Source: Candidatus Hermodarchaeota archaeon
GTDB taxonomy: Archaea > Asgardarchaeota > Thorarchaeia > Thorarchaeales > Thorarchaeaceae
Reading direction: 5' to 3'
DNA: 64,000 nucleotides
Assembly (NCBI GenBank): GCA_048885865.1
Contig: JBHLLF010000003.1
Span: 32,001 to 96,000 of the forward strand
Shown: positions 1 to 9,505 of the stretch, one piece after another
Position numbering within the stretch: the stretch's first letter is position 1
Layout: every line of letters begins with the position of its first letter
Translations under genes and position numbers: made by a program
The notes under the pieces: model-generated
The model's input: the letters and a program-made list of their open reading frames with translations, nothing else
Database searches by the model: none
Told to the model about the DNA's origin: nothing

Positions 1-634
1 CACCTACTGCGATGTGGAGCGGAAACCGGTCCAAGAGCTGGGGTCTAAGTTCCCCTTCCTCCGGATTCATGGTGCCTATCAGAACGAAATTAGAAGGATG
101 AGCAATGGAGATTCCTTCTCGCTCTATAACATTGATTTTAGTTGCAGCCGCATCCAACAAGTCATCTACTAGATGATCGGGGAGAAGGTTCACCTCATCG
201 ACATATAGCACATTCTGATGGGCTTCAGCTAGGATTCCAGGTTTAAGAGCTTGAATACCTTCCTGAAGGACGCGCTCAATATCAAGTGCTCCAATCAATC
301 GATCTTCTGTTGTGGAGAGTGGGAGGTTTACCACACGCATCTTCCGTGTAACGCCCTTCAGAGGCTTATTACTGGCTAATAGGTCCATGCAATCCTGACA
401 GAGAAACTCCTCGCGATGAGGATTGCACCCAAATCGACATCCTTCTATAACATCAACTTCAGGTAGAAGGTCGGCTAGCGCCCTAACCACGGTTGTTTTT
501 CCAGTTCCCTTGGGGCCAGATATCAGAACTCCACCAATCTGCGGATTTACTCCATTTAGAATCAGAGCTAGTTTCAGGTTGGTCAATCCAACTATTGATG
601 TGAATGGCAACACAGACCGTTTCAGTTCGCCCAA
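1..634 (-). CDS. ChlI/BchI-type (Mg-chelatase subunit I family) AAA+ ATPase, runs off the left edge
   Basis: Manual translation (absent from the ORF track): [15 protein letters not shown], Walker A GPKGTGKT, Walker [32 protein letters not shown] start at 634 is tentative. Confidence 0.88.
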   Translation of the reverse strand, partial: MGELKRSVLPFTSIVGLTNLKLALILNGVNPQIGGVLISGPKGTGKTTVVRALADLLPEVDVIEGCRFGCNPHREEFLCQDCMDLLASNKPLKGVTRKMRVVNLPLSTTEDRLIGALDIERVLQEGIQALKPGILAEAHQNVLYVDEVNLLPDHLVDDLLDAAATKINVIEREGISIAHPSNFVLIGTMNPEEGELRPQLLDRFPLHIAVG

Positions 635-708
635 GTGAGGTTCATCCCACTCAGAAAAAGTAACACACTCAAATAAGGGTGCGCGTCTATGTAAGTGTGG
701 GAGTAATT

Positions 709-1905
709 ATGATATCTCACCTTCTCCACTTGGAATGTCCACAGTGTAGCAGAAGTCATTCGGCTGAGGCACATGCAACATTCTGTGTGTGCGGTTCACC
801 TCTCTTTGCTGTTTACGATCTATTCAGTGTAATCGAGGATATTCAAAGAGAGCAATTTCCATCAAAAGTCAATTCAATGTGGAGATATTCTCAGCTTTTG
901 CCTGTCAAATCACCATCCTATATTTTCAGCTTAGGAGAAGGATGGACTCCGCTCATCAATACGCGACGTCTCGGAAAACATCTGGGCTTGAGGTTTCTTA
1001 GTATTAAGGATGAGGCTCAGAATCCAACTGGTTCCTTCAAGGACCGTGGCCTGTGTGCCGCAGTATCCAAACACATGGAACTTGGCTCTACATCATTTGC
1101 GTTGCCATCAGCGGGGAATGCAGCAGTGTCCGCAAGCGCCTATAGTGCTGCGGGAGGAGCTGAATGCCACATCTTCATGCCTTCAGACACACCTGAACCC
1201 TTTTTCCAAGATTGCGTTGCCTATGGTGCTGAAACTGTTCATGTTGATGGCAATATTACTGATTGCGCGAAAAGCATGAAGCAAACCGCAGGCGAATGGA
1301 CAGATCTCTCAACCACAAAAGAACCCTATAGAGTGGAGGGTAAGAAAACTCTTGCATTCGAAATTGCAGAACAGCTCGGATGGAGGGTTCCTGATGCGAT
1401 AATCTGTCCAACAGGAGGTGGCACAGCTCTCATTGGCATTTGGAAGGGCTTCGATGAATTGGAGGCATTGGGTCTAATAGAGAGCAATAGACCCAGAATG
1501 TATGCGGCTCAGAGTGCAGGATGTGCACCAATCGTTAGGGCTGTTGAACAGGGGAGCGATGAAATTCAACCGTGGCTAAATAGTGAAACCGAAGCATTGG
1601 GGCTGAGAGTGCCAAGTCCTTTTGCTGGAAGACTGATTCTTGCTGCAATTCGCCAGTCAGGAGGTGGCGCTGTAGCAGTAGCTGAACAGGAAATTGAGCC
1701 TTGCCATAGAATTGCGGCCCGAATGGAAGGAATGGACTTTTGTCCGGAAGCAGCTGTTGGACTTGCAGGCGTTCGGAATCTGGTTGAGATGGGAGAAATT
1801 GATTTTGATGAAGAGGTTGTGCTATTGAATACGGGCTCTGGGGCCAGATATTACTATGTTCAACAGAGGCAAGGAAAAACTGGAAAAGCCAAAGGCACGC
1901 CATAG
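709..1905 (+). CDS. thrC: Threonine synthase (PLP-dependent)
   Basis: N-terminal Zn-ribbon CPQC..CVCG, LGEGWTPL, NPTGSFKDRG (PLP lysine), SAGNAA, PTGGG. ATG at 709 follows GGGAG; the ORF track starts at 679. Confidence 0.88.
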   Translation: MISHLLHLECPQCSRSHSAEAHATFCVCGSPLFAVYDLFSVIEDIQREQFPSKVNSMWRYSQLLPVKSPSYIFSLGEGWTPLINTRRLGKHLGLRFLSIKDEAQNPTGSFKDRGLCAAVSKHMELGSTSFALPSAGNAAVSASAYSAAGGAECHIFMPSDTPEPFFQDCVAYGAETVHVDGNITDCAKSMKQTAGEWTDLSTTKEPYRVEGKKTLAFEIAEQLGWRVPDAIICPTGGGTALIGIWKGFDELEALGLIESNRPRMYAAQSAGCAPIVRAVEQGSDEIQPWLNSETEALGLRVPSPFAGRLILAAIRQSGGGAVAVAEQEIEPCHRIAARMEGMDFCPEAAVGLAGVRNLVEMGEIDFDEEVVLLNTGSGARYYYVQQRQGKTGKAKGTP

Positions 1906-1983
1906 CGTTAATAGCATAGTATTATTGGGTATAATCCAAGTCTCCAACAAGATTGGAGCCCCTCTTGCTCCGGAGGACAACAT

Positions 1984-3144
1984 TTGAGTTCAATGAGCAA
2001 AGATGAAAATGAACAATCTCATTTTCGTGGAGTCAAAGATTCCTTGCATGCAGGCAAATTCGAGATTGCGATAGCAATTCTGATAGTTGTTGCATTCTTC
2101 TGGGCTGAATACACACATGCCGATCCATTGTACATCGTTTTTCTAGGAATCACAGGTGGAATTTGGCTTGCATTTCGACCTTCAGAGTGGGCAGTAGAAG
2201 GTGTTGAGAGCGTTTCTGGCCACCTAGGATATACCACATATATTGCGGGCCTTCTATCAAGTCTTGCCAGCAATATGCCAGAAGCTGTTGTTAGCGGGAT
2301 GACTGCTTTAGATGGTTTCCTTCAGGAAAGGCCTGAACTTCTGACAATAGCTATACTCTCGGTTCTAATAGCTGGCGGTTTCAATATGCTATTACTCGGG
2401 ATTACTATTGTAATCTCAACTCGAAAAAAGGACGATATGGCTGTACCCGAGGAGGCTATCAAGAAAGACTCTGTTCTCATTCGTTGGACAATTGTTGCCC
2501 TTACCAGCATGTTTGCGCTGGGGATTGTTGATGTGACATTTTTGGGAGGTACTGAGGATTTCCTCTTCCCATGGGAGGCGTCCCTCATTCTGTTCCTCTC
2601 CTATATCCTCTATTCTATTGATTTAATGCGAGGAGAAGAAGTTCAGAATGCCGATATTGCAAAGCCGGATCACTCGATGAAAACGGCATCAATCCTCTGT
2701 GTGATGGGATTCATAGGAATCTTCTTTGCAGGTGAACTACTCACTTCATCGGTCGATGTCTTGCTAACAACATATGATGCTCAGATTAGCGCTGTGGTTA
2801 ATCCAATAGCAGTAGCCGCCCTTATCCTGGGTGCTGCAGGTGCGATTCCAGAACACGGAATTGCAATCGTTGCTGCAATGAGGGGAAAGGTTGGCATCGC
2901 AGTTGGAAACCTGATGGGAGGGGTTCTTCAGATCCTGCTTCTCGTTATGGGGGGCATTGGAATCTTTGTGCCAATACCAATGAATCGCTACGTTCTATTC
3001 CAGATAGTCGTGATTGCAGGCAGCTTATGGTTCCTAAAGCAGGCCATAACTGATGACCATAAGCTCGATACATTCGAGGGCATGATGATAATACTGTTAC
3101 AAGCGTATGTATTTGCACTCCTAATCTGGGGTACGCCTATATGA
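1984..3144 (+). CDS. CaCA-family (Na+/Ca2+ or H+/Ca2+) cation exchanger
   Basis: About 10 TM helices with two alpha repeats: SLASNMPE and GAIPEH..GNLMGG. Confidence 0.8.
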   Translation: MSSMSKDENEQSHFRGVKDSLHAGKFEIAIAILIVVAFFWAEYTHADPLYIVFLGITGGIWLAFRPSEWAVEGVESVSGHLGYTTYIAGLLSSLASNMPEAVVSGMTALDGFLQERPELLTIAILSVLIAGGFNMLLLGITIVISTRKKDDMAVPEEAIKKDSVLIRWTIVALTSMFALGIVDVTFLGGTEDFLFPWEASLILFLSYILYSIDLMRGEEVQNADIAKPDHSMKTASILCVMGFIGIFFAGELLTSSVDVLLTTYDAQISAVVNPIAVAALILGAAGAIPEHGIAIVAAMRGKVGIAVGNLMGGVLQILLLVMGGIGIFVPIPMNRYVLFQIVVIAGSLWFLKQAITDDHKLDTFEGMMIILLQAYVFALLIWGTPI

Positions 3145-3769
3145 CGTGGGGGAGAATTGACCGCAGGTCGTTCTCCTTGATTGTCAACATGGCAGAATCT
3201 GCGACCTCTTCATCCTCAGGCCTGAACGCAATCGAGAGACCCACCACACCAAAAACAGAGATGTCGTTCCTGCCGTCGCCTACAAATGCGGTTTCTGAGA
3301 GTTGGATATTGAAGTGATTGCAGATGTGCTTAAGCTCCTGCACCTTTTCACCCCAGCCAACATGAACCTCAACTTCCCCCGTTAAAATCCCATTTTTGTG
3401 AATTAAGCGATTGGTGAGAACGTACTCAATTCCAAGACGTTTGGCAACATTCTCAGCAAGTATATCCAGCCCTCCTGAGAGGATAGCGACATGAATGCCA
3501 TGCTCCTTGAGATTGGTCACAGTTTCAGCCGCTCCAGGCACCAATTTAGTGGCATTTACCAGGTTCATAACTTCATCAAGAGATTGACCTTTCCAAAGGC
3601 CTGCATCCAAGTAGGCCCATTCATTATATGATATCTCACCTGAGAAATACTGGTCATAATAGAGCTTACCCTCCCTTTCTGTATTGAAATACTCGTGAAG
3701 CCTCCACCAAATAGATGAATGACTTGTTAGCGTCCCATCAACATCAAAGACAACGAGTTTTACAACCAT
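3137..3769 (-). CDS. serB: Phosphoserine phosphatase-like HAD hydrolase
   Basis: FDVDGTLT, ILSGG, K, GDGRNDI motifs. Confidence 0.75.
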   Translation of the reverse strand: MVVKLVVFDVDGTLTSHSSIWWRLHEYFNTEREGKLYYDQYFSGEISYNEWAYLDAGLWKGQSLDEVMNLVNATKLVPGAAETVTNLKEHGIHVAILSGGLDILAENVAKRLGIEYVLTNRLIHKNGILTGEVEVHVGWGEKVQELKHICNHFNIQLSETAFVGDGRNDISVFGVVGLSIAFRPEDEEVADSAMLTIKENDLRSILPHVI

Positions 3770-3802
3770 CTAAGGATAACTCCGGTGGGGGAATGAATAC
3801 TG

Positions 3803-4468
3803 TCACCGTTGAGCCTCACGCTCACGCTCTTCCTGAGCCTCCTTCTCAAGGTCAGCTAGGAGTTCGTCAATTCTCTTTTCTTCGGACTTGACTTGCTCTG
3901 CAGGTTTTGCAGTTGTAGTAGCGGGGGTCTGCAGGGAAGGAAGAACTCCCTCCTTCTCAAGAAGAACCTCTGCTTCCATAGCCTCTAGCTGGCGTTCAAT
4001 CCGCTCATCAGACTCTACAGTCGATTCACCTGTTGAGAGGTCCTCAGAAAGCAACTCTCCAGCAATAGTGATGTGCTCAAATGACTCAGAGAGCTTATCT
4101 AGTTGCATCTGAATCTCTGTTGGGCTCAGCATTGCGCGGGCATCTGTCAGGGCGTCGTTTGCAATGGTGAAAGCCCTCAATACCTCGGCCTGATCCTTTG
4201 CCTCCTCTATGTTAAGGAGCGCGGTTTCAAGGGTCAGATACTGCTGCTGGTATCGTCCACGTCTACTTTCCAATTCAACAACGATTGAAAGGTGTGAACG
4301 GGCTGTATCTCGATCTCCTTGCGACATGGCCTCCTTGGCCTTCTTCTGCTCCTCTGATCTTCGTGTATCTAGTCTTCTAATTCGCAAAGTCAGAGCATTC
4401 ATAGTACCTTTGATTTCGAGCATGCCTCGTTCGGCATCTACCTTTTTCTTTCCACTCAGGAAGCCCAT
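3803..4468 (-). CDS. ESCRT-III / Snf7-family protein (Vps20/32/60-like)
   Basis: Likely start MGFLSGKKK at 4468 (SD GGTGG; TTTAAA at 4521-4526). Basic helical hairpin followed by acidic helices, with ..AKEAMSQGDRDTAR.. and QYLTLETALLNIEEAK..EVLRAF..AN.AL. Confidence 0.85.
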   Translation of the reverse strand: MGFLSGKKKVDAERGMLEIKGTMNALTLRIRRLDTRRSEEQKKAKEAMSQGDRDTARSHLSIVVELESRRGRYQQQYLTLETALLNIEEAKDQAEVLRAFTIANDALTDARAMLSPTEIQMQLDKLSESFEHITIAGELLSEDLSTGESTVESDERIERQLEAMEAEVLLEKEGVLPSLQTPATTTAKPAEQVKSEEKRIDELLADLEKEAQEEREREAQR

Positions 4469-4622
4469 AACGTCCACCGAGGATAGGCCTTGTTGTATTG
4501 TGATGTCATCACTTTGCCCATTTAAACGATTGGAATACAGTCCTTGACATCCAACACCTATGTTTCTCAAGGACAATAGGGTTTTAGAGCCGTTTACTTG
4601 GAATGAAGATGAGGCTCAATTC

Positions 4623-5438
4623 ATGACACTAACAAGAGACCTTGCCAAGGCTGTAGATGCTGCAAAAGACGCGATACTGAACAATCTTGAAGAATCAGCT
4701 AGGCTAACAGGTGAAACTAATCAGTATGGGGACAAGACACTGCTTCTGGATCTGAAAGCTGAAGATGCAATCCTCGAAGTCATTCAACAGGTAGATACTC
4801 CAATGATGATTCTTAGTGAAGAGCAAGGTCTCATTATGCCCGAAGATAGACCAGAATATGCTGCAATCATTGATCCGATAGATGGTTCAGCTAACATTGA
4901 GAGAGGGTTACCCCTTTGCTCCATTGGCATATCTGCAGTCCGCTTTTCGGAGAAGATGACTACTGATGATGCCGAGATTAGCATTATTGAGTCTGTCTTC
5001 TCAGATGAAACCTTCATTGCTGAGAAGGGACAAGGAGTCAGAAGAAATGGAAAGACCGTAAAAGTCTCAGACTCAATACCGTTGGACAGAGCCATCATCT
5101 CCTATGATACAAAGAAATCAGGCGATGAATCATTCTTAATGAGTTCCTTGAGGGTGATACGGGGAGTCCATGATATAAGAAGGTCTGCGACCAATCTACT
5201 GGATCTATGTTGGGTAGCGTCGGGCGCTCTCAATGCGATGGTGGATTTGAGGGGCATGCTCCCAATTGTCCACCTATCAGGTACACACATGGTATTCGAA
5301 GCAGGAGGTTATGTGGCTGAAGCGGGTGGTAATAGACTCAATCTGCCTCTTGTGGAAGATCAGATGATGAGCTTTGTAGCAGCATCAGATGAAGCTACAG
5401 CAAATGAGATACTTGCACTCTTTAGGGGCGAATTATGA
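4623..5438 (+). CDS. Inositol monophosphatase / FBPase family
   Basis: LSEEQG, IDPIDGSAN, LDLCWVASG. ATG at 4623 is likelier than 4560, which overlaps the ESCRT-III ORF call. Confidence 0.85.
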   Translation: MTLTRDLAKAVDAAKDAILNNLEESARLTGETNQYGDKTLLLDLKAEDAILEVIQQVDTPMMILSEEQGLIMPEDRPEYAAIIDPIDGSANIERGLPLCSIGISAVRFSEKMTTDDAEISIIESVFSDETFIAEKGQGVRRNGKTVKVSDSIPLDRAIISYDTKKSGDESFLMSSLRVIRGVHDIRRSATNLLDLCWVASGALNAMVDLRGMLPIVHLSGTHMVFEAGGYVAEAGGNRLNLPLVEDQMMSFVAASDEATANEILALFRGEL

Positions 5439-5448
5439 AAGGCAAATT

Positions 5449-5886
5449 CTAGTCAAACTCTTCCTCTTCGGAATCTGAGGCGACCTCGTCAATGGTTTCT
5501 TCAATTTCCGCTTCATCCTCGTCTGCGTCCTCTTCCTCCTCGGGCTCTGCTTCATCAAACTCTTCCTCCTCTTCTTCCTCCTCTTCTTCCTCACCTGTAT
5601 CAGCAGAGGGGATAAGTCGGTTGACATAGAAATAGCCAATGAAGACGCTTACCAATGATAGCGCAAGTGTTACCCAGAAAGCACCTGCAGTACCAAACCA
5701 CGCAATAGGGTTGATTACTAGCTCATTGCCTGCGGCCCCAAGGACAACAGACTGGAACCATATTGGAAGTCCAAAAGCTAGCGGAATGCAAATTACCACC
5801 AGCAGGATAATAGACATGATGATTTCGGCTGTATAGATCAGGATTCTCCGTAGTGTGCTATCTACCGCTTTCCTCGCAGTCGACAT
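5449..5886 (-). CDS. Two-TM membrane protein with very acidic C-terminal tail
   Basis: Two hydrophobic helices followed by a ~50-residue Glu/Asp tract. Confidence 0.75.
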   Translation of the reverse strand: MSTARKAVDSTLRRILIYTAEIIMSIILLVVICIPLAFGLPIWFQSVVLGAAGNELVINPIAWFGTAGAFWVTLALSLVSVFIGYFYVNRLIPSADTGEEEEEEEEEEEFDEAEPEEEEDADEDEAEIEETIDEVASDSEEEEFD

Positions 5887-5950
5887 TTCGCTCGCCTTGG
5901 ATTGCCGACTTGGGCTTGCCTTTAAAACCTGCCGTCATTCGAGTTGATTG

Positions 5951-6070
5951 AAGAAGAAGGGGATTCGCACAGGGAGTCCGAGAAAGAGTTTGTCAGCGCG
6001 TGTATTCGTTGACAGATGATTGAGAGGAGGGAGAGGGAGGAGAGGAGAGGGTGTCGGACTCCCTGTTCAC
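5951..6070 (-). ncRNA. Candidate small RNA 1 (terminal stem, CU-rich loop, internal hairpin)
   Basis: 13-bp perfect inverted repeat ACAGGGAGTCCGA (5969-5981) / TCGGACTCCCTGT (6054-6066). TATA-like TTATATA begins 27 nt upstream of GTGAA on the minus strand. Pyrimidine-rich 3' tail. Confidence 0.6.
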
Positions 6071-6089
6071 TTTAGGTATTGCATAACTA

Positions 6090-6105
6090 GTATATAAGTG
6101 TTTAT
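6090..6105 (-). promoter_or_regulatory. Archaeal BRE/TATA for candidate sRNA 1
   Basis: Minus strand reads ATAAACACTTATATAC. Confidence 0.55.
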
Positions 6106-6184
6106 CATATTGTATATTATCATATATGCATGACCGTAAAGCCAACTCAAACGTTCAAAAGCGATCAATGACTTCTCCTGTCAG

Positions 6185-6272
6185 AAAATTAAGCAGAAGG
6201 GAAAAGCGGGGCCGGAGAACGCTTGAAGGAGGAGAGAGAGATATGAGAGAGAACGGCCCCTAAGCCCTTCAC
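6185..6272 (-). ncRNA. Candidate small RNA 2 (terminal stem, CU-rich loop)
   Basis: GAAGGG/CCCTTC (6196-6201 / 6265-6270) plus GGGGCCG/CGGCCCC (6208-6214 / 6254-6260) enclose a CU-rich loop. TTAAATA begins 27 nt upstream of GTGAA, the same geometry as sRNA 1. Confidence 0.6.
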
Positions 6273-6291
6273 AATTAGTAGCCATTAATAC

Positions 6292-6300
6292 ATATTTAAG
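6292..6300 (-). promoter_or_regulatory. TATA box for candidate sRNA 2
   Basis: Minus strand reads CTTAAATAT. Confidence 0.55.
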
Positions 6301-6387
6301 CAAATCTTGTTTGAGGATAAATTTACCAGATATAGCGCGCTTTTTCATAAATGAATTCTAAGCCGAAAGCCTATTTCTATGAGCATT

Positions 6388-7062
6388 CTACGCAATTCTA
6401 GATTTTACCTCTTTAACTATCTCATGTAGTGAGTTGAATACTTGAGAGGCCCCCGCCTTAATCAAGTCCTCCTCTGGTGTTTCGCCAGTGGTTACTCCCC
6501 AGAACTCAATTCCAGCGTTTTTTGCAGCAGCTGCATCGATTCTGGCATCACCGACATATACTACCTCATTGGCTTGTACTCCGACATCACTCATCAGTTT
6601 CCGGAGACCTTCAGGAAATGGCTTGGGACTGGGAGATTCGTTTCTGGTCTGAATTACATCAAAAAGGTCCTTTAGTGGAAGCTGTTTTAGAATGAGATCA
6701 ACAGCAGTTCGTCCATTGTTTGTGAGGATTGCAGTCTTTAGTCCGAGGGCTTTAAGCTCATGTACAACATCCATTGACCCATCGATAAGCTCCGCGTTTG
6801 TGGCGGCCCATCCTTCATGCCCACTGAGTGTCTTGTCAATCTCTTGCTCCATGCGCTCCCACTCAACCTCTGACACGCCTTGTGAGAAGAAATAATCCCG
6901 TGCCTTCACCCTGGAGCTTGAGATTCCATCAGCTGGATCGAATATATCATCTGGTGCACCCTGACCCCTATAGTACTCCTTTGTATCTCTCCTCATGGCA
7001 TCAAGTGGCAGAGCTAGGACTGTGAGAGTGCCGTCAAGATCAAAGAAGACCGCCTTCAACAT
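6388..7062 (-). CDS. HAD-family phosphatase (phosphoglycolate phosphatase-like)
   Basis: FDLDGTL, LTNN, KPFP, VGDARID. Confidence 0.85.
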   Translation of the reverse strand: MLKAVFFDLDGTLTVLALPLDAMRRDTKEYYRGQGAPDDIFDPADGISSSRVKARDYFFSQGVSEVEWERMEQEIDKTLSGHEGWAATNAELIDGSMDVVHELKALGLKTAILTNNGRTAVDLILKQLPLKDLFDVIQTRNESPSPKPFPEGLRKLMSDVGVQANEVVYVGDARIDAAAAKNAGIEFWGVTTGETPEEDLIKAGASQVFNSLHEIVKEVKSRIA

Positions 7063-7105
7063 AATCGAACCGCCGACTCTCTCCCCTCGCGTCAGCCTCT
7101 TAAGG

Positions 7106-7750
7106 TTAGTCCTCCGTAGATTCCTTCAGAAACTCACGAAGGTAGGTACCAGCGGAGTCAAGATGTATCAGATAGAAATGCCCCTCCCCCTTGAGCGCAA
7201 CAGTCTGTACTTTACTTCTTTCTAAAATCTTGGCCAAAGTCAACATGTCATCAAATGGAACCATGTTGTCGTTGGTGCCATGAAACATTAACGCTGGACA
7301 TTGAATATCAGATAGAGGCTCTAGTCCACTTGTAGTTTCTTTGGCCAAATCGAGAGATGCACTGAATGTCACTAGGAAGTCTGCCTTGGTGCTTGATGCT
7401 AGATGAAGAGCAACAGATCCGCCAAATGAATAGCCAACAATTGCTAGGGAATCCTTCTCTGTTTTATCAAGGAGTGCTTTTGAAGCATCTCTTGCGTCTT
7501 GAATGGCACCTGAGAATCCCCTGTAATCTGCTTGTGAGTCGACACCTCTGAAATTAAACCTAAATGTCGTATATCCCAGATCAAGGAGGATATCATCGGC
7601 AAATCTGATGACTCGATCATCTCGACTACCCCCATATAGAGGATGAGGATGAAGGAGTAGGGCAACGTCTTTGGATGGCAAATCGGGAGTACTCAAAATC
7701 CCTTCTATCTTGTCATCACCAACAGAGAATTCTACCGTCTGTAAATTCAT
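7106..7750 (-). CDS. Alpha/beta hydrolase
   Basis: HPHPLYGGS, FNFRG, GYSFGG nucleophile elbow, HGTND, GEGH. ATG at 7750 follows GAGGT. Confidence 0.88.
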   Translation of the reverse strand: MNLQTVEFSVGDDKIEGILSTPDLPSKDVALLLHPHPLYGGSRDDRVIRFADDILLDLGYTTFRFNFRGVDSQADYRGFSGAIQDARDASKALLDKTEKDSLAIVGYSFGGSVALHLASSTKADFLVTFSASLDLAKETTSGLEPLSDIQCPALMFHGTNDNMVPFDDMLTLAKILERSKVQTVALKGEGHFYLIHLDSAGTYLREFLKESTED

Positions 7751-7872
7751 GCTGACCTCTCCGCCCGAGAAGTGTTTGGCACCTATGACATAACTAGCTG
7801 TATTATTGTATTGTGCTATTTGGAGCAATCAGATTTAAGGAAAGAAGCAAAATCGCTGAATGAGGCTTCCAG

Positions 7873-8898
7873 TTGAATGAGCTTGAAAATATTGATACCA
7901 CTGATATGAAAGCAATGGTTGCGTCGTTCCCCCTAATGTTAAGATCAGGCAGCCCAAGTGATGATTTTCTGAGCAAAGCAGAGAGAATTCAAAAACGGGG
8001 AATTGATGGCATTTGTCTTATTGGCATGGGAGGCAGTGCTATAGCTGGAGAGATTGTCAAGGATCTATTGGCTGATAGAGCCGAGAAACCGATTCTAACT
8101 AGCAGAGATTATATCTTGCCCAAGACAGTGAAAAGCGGTTGGGTCGTGGTCGCAGTTAGCTACTCTGGAAATACTGAAGAAACGATAGCAGGCTATAAGG
8201 AATCAGAATCCCGTAGATGCTCAACCTTCGTCCTAGCAACAGGGGGCGTCCTAATGGAGGTTTCTAATGAAACACCAGCGCATATAATGCCAGCAGGATT
8301 CCAACCAAGAGCGGCACTACCAGTCATCTTCGGAGGCGTTCTTCCTCTTGTTGAAACTCTACTGAACCTGGAACTTACCGACCTAGGAGAGGTTTCAAGG
8401 AAGCTGGAGCTGGCGTCGACCAAGTGGAATTCATCTGATCTCAGGCCGGGAAGGCTTGCCGGGTTACTCAAAGACAAAATTCCAGTCTTCATAGGATGGA
8501 GGCATCTGATTCCAGTTGCCTATCGGGCTAAATGCCAGTTTAATGAGAACGCAAAGGTATTTGCCTCCAGCGTTCAGATTCCAGAGATGTATCACAATGA
8601 AATCGAAGGCACACTCTCCTGTAGGGACCATCCCATTTCGCCAGTTTTCCTAAGAAGCAGAGAGGAGGATGAGAAAACCAGCATAGGAATCGAATCCGCA
8701 GCCGCCATCTTCGAGGAGAATGGCTGTCATCCAGAGCAGCTGGACTTGAGGTTTGACTCGAGAATCGAGGAAGCCCTTGGATTCACCTTTTACTTGGACA
8801 GCGTGTCAGTGAAGCTAGCAGAAGTCCTTGGAGTTGACCCTATAACTGTTGGGAGGATTGCACAGCTGAAAAAGAAGCTAAGGATTAGGGAAGAGTGA
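7873..8898 (+). CDS. Bifunctional phosphoglucose/phosphomannose isomerase (SIS)
   Basis: GMGGSAIAG, SYSGNTEET, QPRAA, QFNENAK, PEMYHNEIEG. Confidence 0.9.
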   Translation: MNELENIDTTDMKAMVASFPLMLRSGSPSDDFLSKAERIQKRGIDGICLIGMGGSAIAGEIVKDLLADRAEKPILTSRDYILPKTVKSGWVVVAVSYSGNTEETIAGYKESESRRCSTFVLATGGVLMEVSNETPAHIMPAGFQPRAALPVIFGGVLPLVETLLNLELTDLGEVSRKLELASTKWNSSDLRPGRLAGLLKDKIPVFIGWRHLIPVAYRAKCQFNENAKVFASSVQIPEMYHNEIEGTLSCRDHPISPVFLRSREEDEKTSIGIESAAAIFEENGCHPEQLDLRFDSRIEEALGFTFYLDSVSVKLAEVLGVDPITVGRIAQLKKKLRIREE

Positions 8899-9424
8899 CT
8901 CCTTCATAGAAGAATCCGATTGTGCGCCTATACTGATTGGTGGACCTCATCACTAAATAGTTGTATCTTACAGTAAGACTCCAAGTCCAGTTCACTGAGT
9001 TGTATGCACTATATAGCACATCTTTATCCTTGTCATCCATGACATCACTTCTAATATTATGATTCTCATCATAGCCTGCATACAAAGGCTCTTGTTGAAA
9101 ACCAAACTCCCTTAGGAATGTAGCGTATATTATTGCTTGTTCGTTCAAGTGTGCTAGTATTCGAATATGAGAAAGATATGCTTCCCCAACTATGTCAGCG
9201 GGTGCTTTGAAATTGAGGACAAAGGAAATGGTGGGATTCACGCTATAATTAGTCGGATCAAGATTGGAAACGCTGATATCAGCAACATCGACTTCTAGGA
9301 ATTCTGCAACTGCAACACTGTTGCTATAATAACTTGCATTGCCAGCCAGAAGAGCCGCGCTTATGAGGCCTGAAGCGATTAATATGATTATAATCAAGTC
9401 TTGGATTCTTCTACCCTCGAACAT
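8885..9424 (-). CDS. Hypothetical membrane-anchored extracellular protein
   Basis: N-terminal TM helix, then a beta-rich domain with several N-x-S/T sequons. Start uncertain (9424 versus 9487). Confidence 0.6.
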   Translation of the reverse strand: MFEGRRIQDLIIIILIASGLISAALLAGNASYYSNSVAVAEFLEVDVADISVSNLDPTNYSVNPTISFVLNFKAPADIVGEAYLSHIRILAHLNEQAIIYATFLREFGFQQEPLYAGYDENHNIRSDVMDDKDKDVLYSAYNSVNWTWSLTVRYNYLVMRSTNQYRRTIGFFYEGVTLP

Positions 9425-9505
9425 CTGGCTGCACCGTTCCTCCTGAATGTTCAGCTCAATATCTCCCTTGCGCTTCAGGCATGTCAAATCGAGCCAACAG
9501 ACAGA

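Noticed and set aside
1-634. ChlI-type ATPase as evidence of chlorophyll synthesis or as partner of the vWA cluster
   Set aside because: ChlI/ChlD-like pairs are common in non-phototrophic archaea. The gene is ~30 kb from the cluster and its usual partner would lie outside the window.
5530-5592. TCT/TCC trinucleotide run as a repeat element
   Set aside because: Explained by poly-Glu codons of the 5449-5886 gene.
5993-6272. Leaderless GTG-initiated 25- and 27-codon ORFs inside the two candidate sRNAs
   Set aside because: The peptides are dissimilar and Ser/Pro-biased simply because of the CU tracts, whereas the stems are the shared feature. Not fully excluded without Ribo-seq.
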